From Octopus sinensis (taxonomy: Eukaryota), in assembly GCF_006345805.1 (NCBI RefSeq), contig NC_043008.1, forward strand, positions 53,258,001 to 53,322,000: DNA of 64,000 bases, in the 5' to 3' direction. Shown here piece by piece: positions 13,366 to 27,738 of this stretch. The notes below the pieces were generated by a model. It had not been told where the DNA came from. It saw only the letters and a program-made list of their open reading frames with translations, and searched no databases. How positions within the stretch are numbered: position 1 is the stretch's first letter; each line of letters starts with the position of its first letter. The translations under genes were made by a program, and so were the position numbers.

Positions 13366-13674
13366 CATCATCATCATCATCATCATCATCACCATCAACA
13401 TCGTCGTTTAACGTCCGCTTCCATGCTGGCATGGGTTGGACAGTTTGACTGAGGTCTGGTAAGCCAGTGCGCTGTACCAGACTCCAAGTTGATCTGACAA
13501 TGTTTCTACATCTGGATTACCTTCCTAACGCCAACCACTCCGAGAGTGTAGTTGGTGCTTTTTACATGCCACCGGCATAGGAGCCAGTCAGGGAGCACTG
13601 GCATCAACCACATTCGGATAGTGCAATTTACATGCCACCGGCACGGAAGCCAGTCAGGCAGTGCAAGCCACAGC
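13366..13674 (-). mobile_element. Retroposon family E
   Basis: (CAT)n, then cgtttaacgtccgcttccatgctggcatgggttgg ... ccttcctaacgccaaccactccgagagtgtag, plus internal ttttacatgccaccggca subrepeats. Confidence 0.85.
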
Positions 13675-13724
13675 TACATGTGTGTGTGTGTGTGTGTATT
13701 TATATACATACATAAATGTGTGTC

Positions 13725-14673
<949 letters not shown>

Positions 14674-14727
14674 ATATATATATAATATATATATAATATA
14701 TATATGCGTGTGTGTCTGTATGTGTGT

Positions 14728-14970
14728 GGAGGCATGTGGCTTAGTGTTATGGTGTCAGCATCATGATTGTAAGATTGTGGTTTCGATTCCTGGACCAGGC
14801 GTCAAGTGTTCTTGAGCAAAACACTTCATTTCACATTGCACCAGTTCACTCAGCTGGCAAAAATGAGTAACACTGCGATGGACTGGTGTCCCGTCCAGCG
14901 GGGAATATACACCATAGAAACCGGGAAACCGGGTTCATGAGCCTGGCTAGGCTTTAAAAGGGTCCATTTA
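14728..14970 (+). mobile_element. tRNA-derived CORE-like SINE family D
   Basis: ggaggcatgtggcttagtgttatgg ... ggtttcgattcctgg ... gtgttcttgagcaaaacacttcatttcac ... gatggactggtgtcccgtccag. Confidence 0.85.
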
Positions 14971-15837
14971 TTTTTTTTATATATGTGTGTATGTCTGTGT
15001 GTATGTATATATGTATACAGACATACACACACACACACACACACACATACACATACACATATACTCTTCTTCTACATTCTTTTTTGCATTTCAGCCCCCC
15101 CAAAAGATTCCATACCATTCTAAAGAGCTGAAATTATTGGAGCTTCTACTGCTCGCTCTTTCTGAAGTAATGTCTACCAGAATCTTGCTGTCAAGTTAAC
15201 AAACTGCAGATTTAGCAATAAAGTCTGCCAGTCAGGTTGCTAATCTCAAAGAGAAATCCAAGACATTTGTCACCATTTCGATAAAAATTAGAATAGAAAG
15301 AGACAGAGTGAGATAGAAAGGCTGACGAAGGGGAGAAGGTAGAGAGAGGGAGGAGGGATGAGGGAGAGAGGGAGACTAAGATAAAACAATTGAAGAAGAT
15401 ATTTGAAGAAAACAACAAAATAACTAAAAACAATGTATTGTGACAAAAAAGTAGACAAAAAAGCAAACAAAACTATTTTCCAGATCAGAACTGAAAATAA
15501 AATAGGAAAATTGAGCATCATTTCAGTAGACATCATTCTTTATTTGGTAGTTTGTAAGGTAAGTGTGTGTGTGTGGGGGGGGAGACATGTCTTCTTCATA
15601 GTGCTGTGTTTTCATGATAATGTTGCGTGTATGTATGATGCGTTTTCGTCATAATGTTGTTTAATTATAATACAGTGTCCTTTTTTGTAATGTTGCATTT
15701 TGATGATAATGTTGTGTCTGTTTAATAATGTTGTGTTTACATTATAATGCTGTCTTAATGAGTAAGGTTGTGTCTTCATATATAATGCATCTTCATTATA
15801 ATGCTATCTTTATTATAATGTGTGTGTGTGTGTGTTG

Positions 15838-15940
15838 TGACCCCCTTTGGTCATGAATGACCATGGGATTGCACCTAGAAAGTTACCCTCCGAGGTACAA
15901 GTCTGGGCAAGGTTGTTTATGGAAGACTAGCAGTCGGCCA

Positions 15941-15945
<5 letters not shown>
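15838..15945 (-). mobile_element. 3' fragment of the SINE family seen at 39925-40248
   Basis: Shares gtgcaatcccatggtcattcatgaccaaagggg. Confidence 0.7.
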
Positions 15946-15974
<29 letters not shown>

Positions 15975-15979
15975 GATAC

Positions 15980-16136
15980 AGATAATTATGGCTGGTTTAT
16001 GGGATTGCCCTGGGTTCCATGTCCATAGAGTGTCTAGCTTTATCACATCTCTTCAGACCCTAATGGTCAGTGGCTGATAACCTCTCTTTGAAGACATGAA
16101 ACCCAAGGCAACCCCATAAACCAGCCATAACTATCT
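15980..16136. mobile_element. MITE-like hairpin with 44-bp arms
   Basis: gataattatggctggtttatgggattgccctgggttccatgtc / gacatgaaacccaaggcaaccccataaaccagccataactatc. Confidence 0.7.
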
Positions 16137-16199
16137 TTATCTAATTACTCTGCTGCCCTGTAGCTTACAGTGTCCTGTGCTTCTCTTTTGGATTTATGA

Positions 16200-16423
16200 T
16201 TTTATGACCGCGTAACCATGACCACGTGTGTACCGTTGGCGATTTTTTTTCCTCTGTCTTCCCTTCTCTGGATCTTTCCTTCTCCTATGTTTCCGACAAA
16301 GAGCTCCACTCGAAACGTTAAACCCTCCTTCTTTCCTTCTCTCCTGAGCGTCCAATAATACTATATTTGTTTCACGTCCTCGCGTTGTTGTGTTTTTTTG
16401 TGCTTTCTTGTTTGGATTAACTT

Positions 16424-16425
<2 letters not shown>
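16200..16425 (+). mobile_element. Penelope-like terminal repeat (pseudo-LTR) fragment ending in (TA)n
   Basis: Carries an HHR-like motif; its tail (ctgagcgtccaataa ... tttggattaact-(TA)n) recurs inverted at about 17783-17873. Confidence 0.6.
16289..16323 (+). ncRNA. Degenerate minimal type I hammerhead motif
   Basis: GTTT-CCGACAA-a-GAG ctcca CTC-GAAA-CG-TT^-AAAC: stem I gttt/aaac, stem II gag/ctc, palindromic AACGTT; core deviates from CUGANGA at two positions. Confidence 0.5.
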
Positions 16426-16503
<78 letters not shown>

Positions 16504-16671
16504 CCAGCATGGCCACAGTCAAATGACTGAAACAAGTAAAAGAGTAAAAGAGTAATATATATATACCAGAGTAAGCACATAAATGTGAAACAAGGTGGAA
16601 AAAAATAGTACTCAAATACCAGAGGTAGAGTAATATGGTTTATTTAATAAGGCTGCAAAAACATCACAAAA

Positions 16672-16709
16672 ACTGTTACTCAGTTTCATGTTCCCATTCG
16701 TCAAACAGC
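16672..16709 (-). ncRNA. Minimal type I hammerhead ribozyme motif (C3U)
   Basis: Minus: GCTGT-TTGACGA-ATG ggaa CAT-GAAA-CTGAG-TA^-ACAGT; 5-bp stem I, 3-bp stem II, GUA cleavage triplet. Confidence 0.7.
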
Positions 16710-16796
16710 TTTGGTTGATATATACAATGGGCGTTTTTTATTTGCCGTCTACAAGATCCATTCACATGGCTTTGGTGGACCCAAAGCGATTATATA

Positions 16797-17014
16797 CTTC
16801 CTTATTGCCCACAAGGGGCTAAACATAGAGGGGACAAACAAGGACAGACAAAGGAATTAAGTCGATTACATCGACCCCAGTGCGTAACTGGTACTTTATT
16901 TATCGATCCCGAAAGGATGAAAGGCAAAGTCGACCTCAGCGGAATTTGAACCCAGAACGTAACGACAGACGAAATACCGCTAAGCATTTCACCCGGTGCA
17001 CTAGCGTTTCTGCC
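16797..17014 (-). mobile_element. SINE family B, young copy
   Basis: Inverted homologue of 12014-12250 (gtcgactttgcctttcatcctttcgggatcgataaataaagtaccag). Confidence 0.9.
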
Positions 17015-17580
17015 CAAAGCGATTATAGTAGGAGACATTTACACAAGTTGTTGCATAGTGAGATTCGAACCTGAAGCCTCAGGCTTGCAAAGTAAGCTTT
17101 TCAACCACAACAACAGCCATACCTGGACCTACAATAGCATCGTTAAAATGTCTTTGAGTTTGTTTGGGGTTTTTTTTTGTTTCCATTTGCAAGAAAGGTA
17201 GAGGAGGCTTATTATTTGTAATGTTTTAGAGATTTCAAAACTTTATTAAAAACAGAAAAATCAAAAACGACAAACCATATTCATTGATTTTATCGATGCT
17301 TTTAAAACATCCCAAAGGACTGAACCACGAAAGGCTGAATGAGTACAAAATCAGTTTTATGGAATTTCGTTGATTACAACAATGAATTTCAACCTTTAAA
17401 CTCTTTCAAAAGGTCCTAAGTATTGATTGATGCAAAAAAAATAATAACTTCCCAGAATTCTCAGCAGAATTTGGAAACATGGAATATTTTTTATTTTTTT
17501 TACTGACTTATGTTATTTTTTGTTTATTTATTGCTTTCTTTTAAAACTAGAAACATATAATGAATTGTACTTCAAAGATG

Positions 17581-17627
<47 letters not shown>

Positions 17628-17942
17628 TTATGTATGTGTAACTATATGCAATTATGCATATATATATAATATATATATATAATATATATATATTATATAT
17701 ATATATATATATAAACATACATGCATGTATACATACATATATGTGTGTGTGTATATATATATATCTATATATATATATATATATAGTCAATCCAAACTTG
17801 AACAAGAAAGAAAAACAACAACATTAGGACGTAGAATAAGTGCAGTGTTATTGGACGCTCAGGAAAGGAAATATATTATATATGTATACATGCATCCACA
17901 CACACACACATATACATACATGTATGTCTGTGTGTGTCTATA

Positions 17943-18019
<77 letters not shown>

Positions 18020-18439
18020 AGAGAGAGGACGAGAGACAAATGGATCAGACAACAAAATGTACGCAACACAGATCTGACAACAGTAATACATGCACATATA
18101 CACAAATGAGCAAACACACACACAAACACACACGCACATTCACACACATGTGCACACGCACACACATGCACATTCACACACACACACACATTCGCATACA
18201 CGCATATATGCACAGGAAGTAATATGTATGAATTCCACCAAACAAATGATTTATGGCTAAAATTCAATGTTACAGAAGATTTATGCTTCAGTTAAAGGAC
18301 CATGTTATTAAATACCCACATATATACACATATATACACACATACACACATACACATTTACACTTCTACACAAACAGCTTTATAAGGAGGCTGAGAACCG
18401 ATTGTAAGCAAGATTAATTTAAAGGTAAACTATGTGTAT

Positions 18440-18740
18440 ATGTGTGTGTGTGTCTGTGTACTTCTATACAGAAACATACATACATGTGTGTGGGGGTGTG
18501 TCTATGTGCCTCTATACAGAAGCATACATACATGTGTGTATATGTGTGTGTGTGTGTGTGCCTCTCTACAGAAGCTTACATACATTCATACATGTGTGTG
18601 TGTGTGTGTGTGTCTATGTGCCTCTGTAGAGAAACATAAATGCATACATGTGTGTGTGTGTATGTGTGTGAGCATGTGTGTGTTTCTATGTGCTTCTATG
18701 CAGAAATATACATACATGTGTGTGTGTGTGTGTGTGTGAA
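18440..18740. repeat. Minisatellite, ~45-55-bp variable unit built on (TG)n
   Basis: About 5 copies of (tg)n-tctatgtgcctctatacagaa(g/a)catacatacatg. Confidence 0.85.
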
Positions 18741-19658
18741 GACGTGTGGCCAAGTGATTAGCTGGTTTATAAATATATATATATATAAGTTCAGTAAAAA
18801 TTTAGATTCAGTTGAAAATGGTACTTAAGTTAAAGACACCAGAATTTAGTATGGTATTATCCATATTTCAAAATGGGGTGATTACAATCAAAATACGCAA
18901 CAAGGATATCCAAAGGTAATGCAGTACGATTGTTTCATGCAACTCCATTTAATTAAACAATGCAAGTATTACATCAGTTTTAAAATGTAGAACAATATAT
19001 ATATATATATAAAGCATATACTTTTGCATCATTTCAATATTTTCCTCATTTTTCTGCACAATATTTTAAAGAAAATCATTGGTGTCATTTAATTCAGTGC
19101 TCTTTGACCTGGTGGTGCTAAATCCCCTGCCCCTTTGCTATTTTTGGGTATTGTGAATTCATTAAGAGGCAGCAGAATTTCATGAGAATACCAAAGAGGG
19201 TTTGTGTGTTTGGAGGAATGGGGCATGTTTTTTTCTACTTTTTGCTGTTTGTTTGGAATTTTTTTTTTTAGTATATAAATAAAGCATCTAACCCTTTTGT
19301 TATCATGTTTCTGTTGAAGTACACTGCTTTCAAATAATTTTGAGCAAAAGGGAAATTATCGAATTTTTTGAAATAATTTTGTCGTTAATAAATTAGTGTT
19401 TGGAATATATTTTAGCATGAAATGTTGATGTAAGGTTTTAATATAGGTCACCTTAAAATGGAATTTGCATTACAGAACAAGACCAATCTTAGGTGGGTTG
19501 CCATTGAAAGTGTTAAGCCAGGTGCCACGTTGATATTTTGAATACTTTTCCAAAAATATATATTTACAGAATTAAGTTATTAGACAGGTATAATGTTTTA
19601 AGGTAAGCAGAAAACATGATTGATGATGTGCTAAGGTCCAATACAATTTCGTTATATA

Positions 19659-19870
19659 CAAGGGGATACTGAAAAGTTCTTGGCTTTAAGGATATTGCAA
19701 AAGGCCTGGTTGAAAACCAAGCCTTCAAAGTTCTTTTACAGGGCTTAGAAACAACTGCAGGAATGCTGTCATAAGCGTGTGAATCTGGGAGGGGAATATG
19801 TTGGATAAAATCATTATTGACTGTATTTTCTGTATTTACCCGAAGTCAGGAACATTTCAGCACCCACCTG
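19659..19870 (+). mobile_element. Mariner-derived MITE (212 bp), TA target duplication
   Basis: TA|caaggggatactgaaaagttcttggcttt ... aagtcaggaacatttcagcacccacctg|TA; internal remnant resembles a mariner transposase C-terminus (CHKRVNLGGEYVG). Confidence 0.75.
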
Positions 19871-20855
19871 TAACTCTTCTTCTTTAGTAATTTTCATAAA
19901 AATTTAACATAAGGGGCACTAACTCATACAAACATCTAAGTAGAAGTAATTCTTGGATAGGGGTAATAGCTTTTATTTTTATCTCTTTACTTGTTTCAGT
20001 AATATGAGTGTCATATGAGTGATGTTGCTTGTTTCAACACTTCCACAAAAAAATCATGTCTGTCCCTGTCCATGAGAAAATATTACCTTGCTTGGAAATT
20101 AGTGAAGATTGGCAACATGAAAGGGCATCAAAGTTGTAGAAAACCTGCCTCACCAAATTAGCCCCCAACTCAATGCAAACATGGGAACATGGACACTAAA
20201 CAATATGACCCCCTCCTACCTCAACCCCAGGATGAATCTCAGAGTTCATTCTCTTGAAAAATTATCAGACCAGTTTCCAAGTTCAAAACCTGTCCACAGG
20301 AAATTTCTTGCAGACTGTTAACCATCAGCATCAGAGATATCCAAGCTTGATGTTAGTCACATCAATCTCACATCCCTAACAAAAAAAAAAACAAATAAAA
20401 AAAAAAACAACAAAAACAAAATGCAAAGATTAATTCTTCAAAGTTCATAAGTACAGCTCCATCACTCATGACTAACTCATTTACATTACAATACAAAATT
20501 ATAAGCGCTAATTAATATACAACATAAATTAGTCGCTACCGTTTAGGTAATGCATTTGTATTCAGTGCGGTCACATGTAATGTGTTCGTCATCTTTCTGA
20601 CCAGACTGTCACTTCTCACTAGCAGGCTGATCAATAGATTTGTACCAATTAAGTGTCCGCTTATCTAAATAACCTACACACAAATGAAGCTAAGAATAGT
20701 TTTAGCTGAGCCTATCCTTATTTCATTATTTCTCAGTACTTTCTTAGCTGCGTACTGTTCTAATTTAAGATTAACTGCGTTTATAATATACATGTTATGT
20801 GTTATGTGTGTGTGTATATATATATAATCATATTTACATATATATATACATATAT

Positions 20856-20910
<55 letters not shown>

Positions 20911-21829
20911 ACATACATATATGTATGTGAACGTGCTCACATATGCATATAAATCTCTGTGTGTGTATGTTTGTGAATTAGAAGCACCTCGCGGTATATA
21001 AACAAAATCAAACACACCTTGTATATATATATATACACACACATATATATGCATATATATGCAACAATATGCATTTATACATATTTATATATGCATACAC
21101 ACACATATATATGTACGTATATATGTGTGTACATATATATATATATATATACACAAATGTATATGTTTGTATTTATAGGCATATATACACATACATACAT
21201 ACATATATGTATATATGTGCATTTGTGTGTGTGTATGTATACATATATATGTATGTATGCATATATGTATGTATGTATGTATGTGTGTATGTATGAATGT
21301 ATGTATGAATGTATGTATGTATGGATGGATATATAAATGTGCATGTATTTATATAGATGCATAAATTTATGTATGTGTATATATAAACATATAAATATGT
21401 GAGCATGTGTGTGTGTGTGTGTGTTTACACTAAGCTATCATATGTTGAATTGTGTGAGTGGAAAAACTTTGATTAACTATAATTGCCTGGGCAATTAGTA
21501 AAAAAAAAAATTTCTTGGCGTGTTTACTAGCGAAGCCCTGTAAAGGAAATAACTCTAATAAGATGAATTAATTGAAATTTTGTAAAATATAATAGATACT
21601 GAAGTATAGGAGTGGGTCTTGTTCTCTAAATCAACTGAACAAAGACAAATGGTTTACTGAAGAGCTTTAATAAGACAGAACCATGCCTGTTATTTTCACC
21701 ATTGAAATCTCTCTCTCTCATATATTTATGTCTGTATATATATATATATGTGTATATATACATACACACACAGACACACACACATATATACATACACATT
21801 TGTATATATAGCACCAGAAATATATATAA

Positions 21830-21875
<46 letters not shown>

Positions 21876-22087
21876 TTATATATATTTATATATATTTATA
21901 TATACATTTATATATATATTGATGGCACTGCCTAGTGCCACCAATCACTTTAGTGACGTATATATATTAAGATTATTTTAACTCTTATTTCTAGCAATGT
22001 AGGTACTTTGGCATACTTAGTTACATTTAGTGACGATTGAATTTTCGCTTTATGTGCCTGGCTGTTTGTATTAAATTTTAGTACACA

Positions 22088-22133
<46 letters not shown>

Positions 22134-22328
22134 TAATAGTATTTTATAAGCTTAGAGCATATAAGCATTCACCATACAATGACTAAAGAAAATAATCTAA
22201 TTATGGGACATATGAGTCCATAAAGCGTATAAAATATTATTATTATTATTATTTACATAATTGTAAAAATCTATATTCCTTATCAAAAACCATATATACA
22301 TGCATACATATATATATTTATATATATA

Positions 22329-22386
<58 letters not shown>

Positions 22387-22399
22387 TTATTTATTTATT

Positions 22400-22547
22400 G
22401 GTTGTGTGGTAAGTAGCATGCTTACCAACCACATGGTTCCAGGTATGGTCCCACTGCATGGCACCTTGGGTCAGTCCCCTCTACTATAGCGTCAAGCCGA
22501 CCAAACCTTGTGAGTGGATGTGGTAGACGGAAACTGAAAGGAACCTG

Positions 22548-22620
<73 letters not shown>

Positions 22621-22912
22621 TGTATGTATATATGTATTATGTATGTATGTATGTATGTATGTGTGAGCATGCGTGTGTGCTTGCATGCGTGCGTGTGTGT
22701 TTGTGTGTCTGTATTCCCCCCCCCCCCAACATCACTTAACAACCTATGCTGGTGTGTTTACATCTCCGTAACTTAGCAGTTCGTCAAAAGGAGACCGATA
22801 AGTACTAGGCATATATAAAAAGAAGTCCTGGGGTTGACTTGCTCGACGAAAGGCAGTGCCCCAGCATGGCCACAGTAAAAAATGACTGAAACAAGCAAAA
22901 GACTAAAAGAAT
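22400..22912 (+). mobile_element. SINE family A with ~150-bp expanded internal microsatellite
   Basis: Head, gcaccttgggtcagt, (TA)n(TATG)n(TG)n, tail atgactgaaacaagcaaaagactaaaaga. Confidence 0.9.
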
Positions 22913-23212
22913 GTGTGTGTGTGTGTGTGTGTGTGTACACAGTTTGAATTCTTCAAATATTGTCTTCAAGACGTCCTGTGCCTGCATTTGATTTTGAACT
23001 CATGACGTGAAGGTAAACTGTCCAGCATCTTACCCACCAACCACTTTTCTTAATCTTTACATGACCCAATATGAAAATCTGACCTGTTAGATATTATAGC
23101 CAAATCTCCCTCAAATCATACCCAAGTTTATTAAAAGAATATATGGAGTCCAATATATACAATAATAATAAATCTCTGAGCGAGATATAAACAGTAACTG
23201 CTCTATAACATA

Positions 23213-23379
23213 AGGGGGATCAGCCATCTGAATGTGGCTAGGGACAGGGCGGGGTAGTTGGGGGTGTTACTGATGCATTTAGCCCCAGGCGATCATCAAC
23301 GTCACCAGAAGGGCTGACACCATCTCGGTGTCCACTACCCCGCCCTGTCCCTAGCCACATTCAGATGGCTGATCCCCCT
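23213..23379. mobile_element. MITE with perfect 46-bp TIRs and TA target duplication
   Basis: TA|agggggatcagccatctgaatgtggctagggacagggcggggtagt ... actaccccgccctgtccctagccacattcagatggctgatccccct|TA. Confidence 0.9.
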
Positions 23380-23544
23380 TATAATATATACAATGTTTAA
23401 CAAGTAATGAATTGGATGATCATGGATGGCATGGCGTTGATTATAACTCTGCCAGATAAGGGTTGACCTAGGGCTAAAAAACAGTAAAAAAAATGAGCTT
23501 TCAATAACTTCTGTCATAACTGCGCTGATAATAAAATAATAATA

Positions 23545-23945
23545 ATAACCCTTTCTACTATTGGCACAAGGCCTGAAATTTGGGAGGAGGAGGCAAGTTG
23601 ATTACATTGACCCCAGTGTTTCACTGGTACTGAATTTATTGACCCCAAGAGGATGAAAGGCAAAGTCAACCTTGCCAGAATTTGAACTCAGACCATAAAA
23701 ACAGATGAAATGCCATTAAGCATAATGAGGGTTTCAAATTTTTGGCACAAGGCCAGCAGTGTTTGAGGAAGTGGGGGGAATCAATTATATTAACCCCAGT
23801 GTTTCACTGGTACTTATTTCATTGACCCCAGAAGGATGAAAGGCAAAATTCAACCTCGGCAGAATTTGAACTCAGAATGTGGTGGCAAATGAAATAGCCC
23901 AAAGCATTTTGTCCTATATGCTGACAGTTCTGTCAGCACACCTTC
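23545..23945 (-). mobile_element. Two tandem SINE family B copies
   Basis: Two units, each containing ggatgaaaggcaaa ... gaatttgaactcaga. Confidence 0.8.
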
Positions 23946-24072
23946 TTCTTCTTCTTCTTCATCTTCTTCTTCTTCTTCTTCATCATCTTCTTCTTCTTCT
24001 TCTTCTTCTCTTCTTCTTCTTCTTCTTCTTCTTCTTCTTCTTCTTCTTCTTCTTCTCCTTCTTCTTCTTCTT
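23941..24072. repeat. (CTT)n trinucleotide tract
   Basis: Direct reading; source of the poly-E/K/R/F ORFs. Confidence 0.95.
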
Positions 24073-24177
24073 CCCATCCTTTAAGTAAATCTCCAAACGA
24101 TTTGTGTATCCTTGTGATGTCCCCCTCATCTGTGTCCCTGAGGCTAATAAAAGAAATTATTATAATCATCATCATTA

Positions 24178-24222
<45 letters not shown>

Positions 24223-24240
24223 CATCATTATCATTGACGA

Positions 24241-24478
24241 AGATGCATGGCCTAGTGATCAGGGTGTTGCACTCATGATCAAAAGACCATGGTTTCAATT
24301 CCTGGACGGGGTGGTGCATTGTCTTCTTGAGCAAAACACTTCATCTCACTTTGCTTTGCAATCACTTCGGTACCTGATGCGTGGCACACCGCGCACCATT
24401 CCAGGCACCGTCGATTTGATGGAGAGAGTGAACTAATGTACGGCACATACATTCGATCACTATAAACAAATCATTCAT
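24241..24478 (+). mobile_element. tRNA-derived CORE-like SINE
   Basis: gatgcatggcctagtgatcagg ... ggtttcaattcctgg ... tcttgagcaaaacacttcatctcac; 3' part differs from family D. Confidence 0.75.
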
Positions 24479-24480
24479 GC

Positions 24481-24588
24481 AGGTTGTGTGGTAAGTAGCT
24501 TGCTTACTAGCCACATGGTTCTTGGTTCAGTCCCACTGCGTGGCACCTTGGGCAAGTGTCTTCTACTATAGCCTTGGGTCGACCAAGG
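24481..24588 (+). mobile_element. SINE family A, 5' part
   Basis: gtgtggtaagtagcttgcttac ... gcaccttgggcaagtgtcttctactatagcc. Confidence 0.85.
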
Positions 24589-25285
24589 GAGGGGACATTG
24601 GATTAGGTGATCTTGTGTCAGATGAAGAAAGATTATAGTGAGACAGAGAGACAGAAACAGGTGTCTTACTGTAGTGGAGGTACATGGTAACCCAGCCAGA
24701 GTGAGAGAGAGAGAGGGAGAGGGAGGGAGTGAGAAGGAGAGAGAAGAGAGAGGGAGTGAGTGAGAAGGAGAGAGAGAGAACATTCTGTATTCAAATCCTG
24801 CCATGCTGAAGTTTGCTTGTCATCCCTCTGCTAACCAATTAGCAAGGGCAATATAATCAACTAATACTTCTCATCAAATCTATTGGCCTTCTACCGAAAT
24901 AATTAATCATTATAAAGCATAAATTATGCTAATTTATTAGGATGTCAGATGAAAATATTTTGTTGCATTTACCTACAACTCTTAGTGTCTTGTGTTCAAA
25001 TCTCACCACGGTCGAATCAACTTTGTCTTTCATCTTTCTGTGGTAGATAAAATACCAGTCATATACTGGGGTAGCTGTTAATGGGATTATATTCTTCTCA
25101 TTCTCTTCCACAAAATATCAGACATTGTATCTCTCTAAGAAATCATTATTATTACAAATTATTATTATTATTTCCATTTCGCTTCTCAGAGATCTTGATT
25201 TCACTTGCTCTGGTTAATTCTGTAAGAACAAACAATAACTGGTTGTCATTATTATTGTTGTTGTTGTTGCTGTTGTTATTATTAC

Positions 25286-25323
<38 letters not shown>

Positions 25324-25747
25324 GTATTATAATTATTATTATTATTATTTTTTTATGTTTGACTTTTGCTTTACATTTGTACAAGTTGGCTCCAAGTCTC
25401 ACCCAGAGACTTCGAGACAACAAGCTGGAAGTTCATGTTGGTGTTATGCCTAAGGGTGCCATATATTTGGTTTTGTACATAGTGTTGTTTTAGAGAATGT
25501 TGAAGAAAACATAAGAAAATTATGTGTGTGTTTTAAAACTTGAGATTACATAGAAAGTATTTTGTGTAGGATATGGGCAGTTCCCATGAGCGCTACCTTT
25601 TGAATTTCTGCCATTTTGGGGTTTCCTGGTATCTGAGCTAGGTAACAATCAGTCCCTTTTGCTATCATTCCCAGGGCACCTATGACAATAGGTATTGCTT
25701 TAGTCTTCAGGTTCCACATTTTTCATTCCCAGGGCACCTATGACTAA

Positions 25748-25798
<51 letters not shown>

Positions 25799-25804
25799 GA
25801 ATAA

Positions 25805-26210
25805 AAGGGTGGTGACCTGGCAGAATCATTATTACTGGACAAAATGCTCTGGGGAATTCTGTCCATCTTTACGTTCTGAGTTCAGATTCCGTTGAGAGTG
25901 ACTTTGTCTTTCATCCTTTTGGGGGTCAATAAATTAGGTACCAATAAAACTCTGGGGTTGATGTAATTGACTAGTACACTCCCACCAAATTTCAGGCCTT
26001 CTGCCTACAGCAGAAAGGCTCATTAAGGTGGTGAGCTGGCAGAATTGTTAGCATCTCTACATTCTGAGTTCAAATTCCACCAAGGTCAGTTTTGCCTTTC
26101 ATCCTTTTGGGGTTGATAAAATAAGGACCAGTCAAACACTGGGCTAAATGTAATAAACTAACCCCTTCCCTTAGAATTTCAGACCTTGTGCCTGTAGTAG
26201 AAAGGATTAT
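25805..26210 (+). mobile_element. Two tandem SINE family B copies
   Basis: Heads ggtggtgacctggcagaatc (25805) and aaggtggtgagctggcagaatt (26025), each with the ctttcatccttttgggg core. Confidence 0.85.
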
Positions 26211-26224
26211 TATTATTATCATTG

Positions 26225-26277
<53 letters not shown>

Positions 26278-26480
26278 GTAATTGTTGCTGTTGTTGTTGT
26301 TTTTAACTGCAAAATACCATTTTATTTGCAAATAACTGTATGGAATGGCATATTTTAGTTGTTGCTCTGTTGTTGTTGCTCTTGTTGTTGTTGCTCTTGT
26401 TGTTTTAAATTTTTCGGTTATAAATTTGATTCAATGATGGGCAAGCATACATCGGATTAAAATATCGGAAAAAAGATCAT

Positions 26481-26517
<37 letters not shown>

Positions 26518-26579
26518 TAATAATAATAATTATAGTTTTTGTTTTTGTGTCTGTATTTTTCCTGTATTTTATCTTATCC

Positions 26580-27010
26580 TGTCTTTCCTTCACCCTCTGC
26601 TTCTTTTTCTTATTCTCTCTCTCTCTCTCTTTCTCGTTCTCTCTCTCCTTCTCTCTCTCTCTCTTTTTCTCTCTCTCTCTCTTTCTCTCTCTGTCACCCT
26701 GTTTGTCAGTGTCACTTGCTTTCTCTGTCTGTTTTCTTCTCTCTCTTTCACTCTCTCTGTCACCATCTCTCTCTTCCTACCTCCCACCTCACTCTTTTTC
26801 CCACTTGCTCTCTCTCCTCCTTTGTCCCTCTCTGTCCTCCTGTCTCTTGCTTTGTCTATCTGTCTTCCTTTTCTTTCTTTCTTTTTCCCTCTCACATTCT
26901 CCCTCCAATTCTCAATCCTTCTCTCTTTCTCTGTATCTCTCAGTTAACCTCTCTCTCTCTCTCTCTCTCTCCTTCTCTCTTTCTTTCTTTCTTCCTCTTT
27001 CTCTCTCTTG
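26580..27010. repeat. Polypyrimidine (CT)n-rich tract
   Basis: Direct reading; source of the S/L/F-rich and R/E-rich ORFs. Confidence 0.9.
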
Positions 27011-27576
27011 CAAAACCTCTGCAATCCAACACCTGCTTTTTTCTACATACCTTACAGTCTTCATAAATATTAAAGAAAAAAAATGAAATGAAAGAAAAAA
27101 TAAACAAAAAAATTTGCATGAATCACATTTATAACAGACAGAAAAAAATATATATATATAATTTTCTGTGTATTTATTCCAATTTTTCAAAAATTTATTC
27201 ACTATAAAAAATTATTCGAAAGTAATTAATTAAAAAACTGCTTAGCATCTGAGGAATTAACAATGGCTTCCTTAAAATAATTAAAGATTGTTATTAACAT
27301 TTTTGGAGAGAAAAAAACATCAATAAATGAAAATTGCTCTAATCAGAAATTTAAAAATTAATGAATTTGAATTTGTGAATCAAAAGAATTTTAAGAGTCC
27401 TATATTTGAAATGTTTTATATACCAAGTTGTAAATATATACTTGAGATTTGAATATACAAATACATACCTGCTTACATATGTACGTTCATACATTCATTC
27501 ATACATACATACATACACAATCACACACAGATACATACATACATGCATATGTATGTACATATATGTTGTGTGTATT

Positions 27577-27640
<64 letters not shown>

Positions 27641-27738
27641 TGTATATATAATAATAATAGTAGGAATATAATTCCAAAGCTTATAGGGAAAAATTCAATT
27701 TAACTATTTTAAATCAAATTTCACAATATATAATATAG

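Noticed and set aside
23850-24334. Poly-E/K/R/N acidic and basic ORFs
   Set aside because: They come from (CTT)n and (TAT)n tracts plus SINE sequence.
26514-27202. 190-aa hydrophobic S/L/F ORF and R/E-rich antisense ORFs
   Set aside because: They come from a (CT)n polypyrimidine tract.
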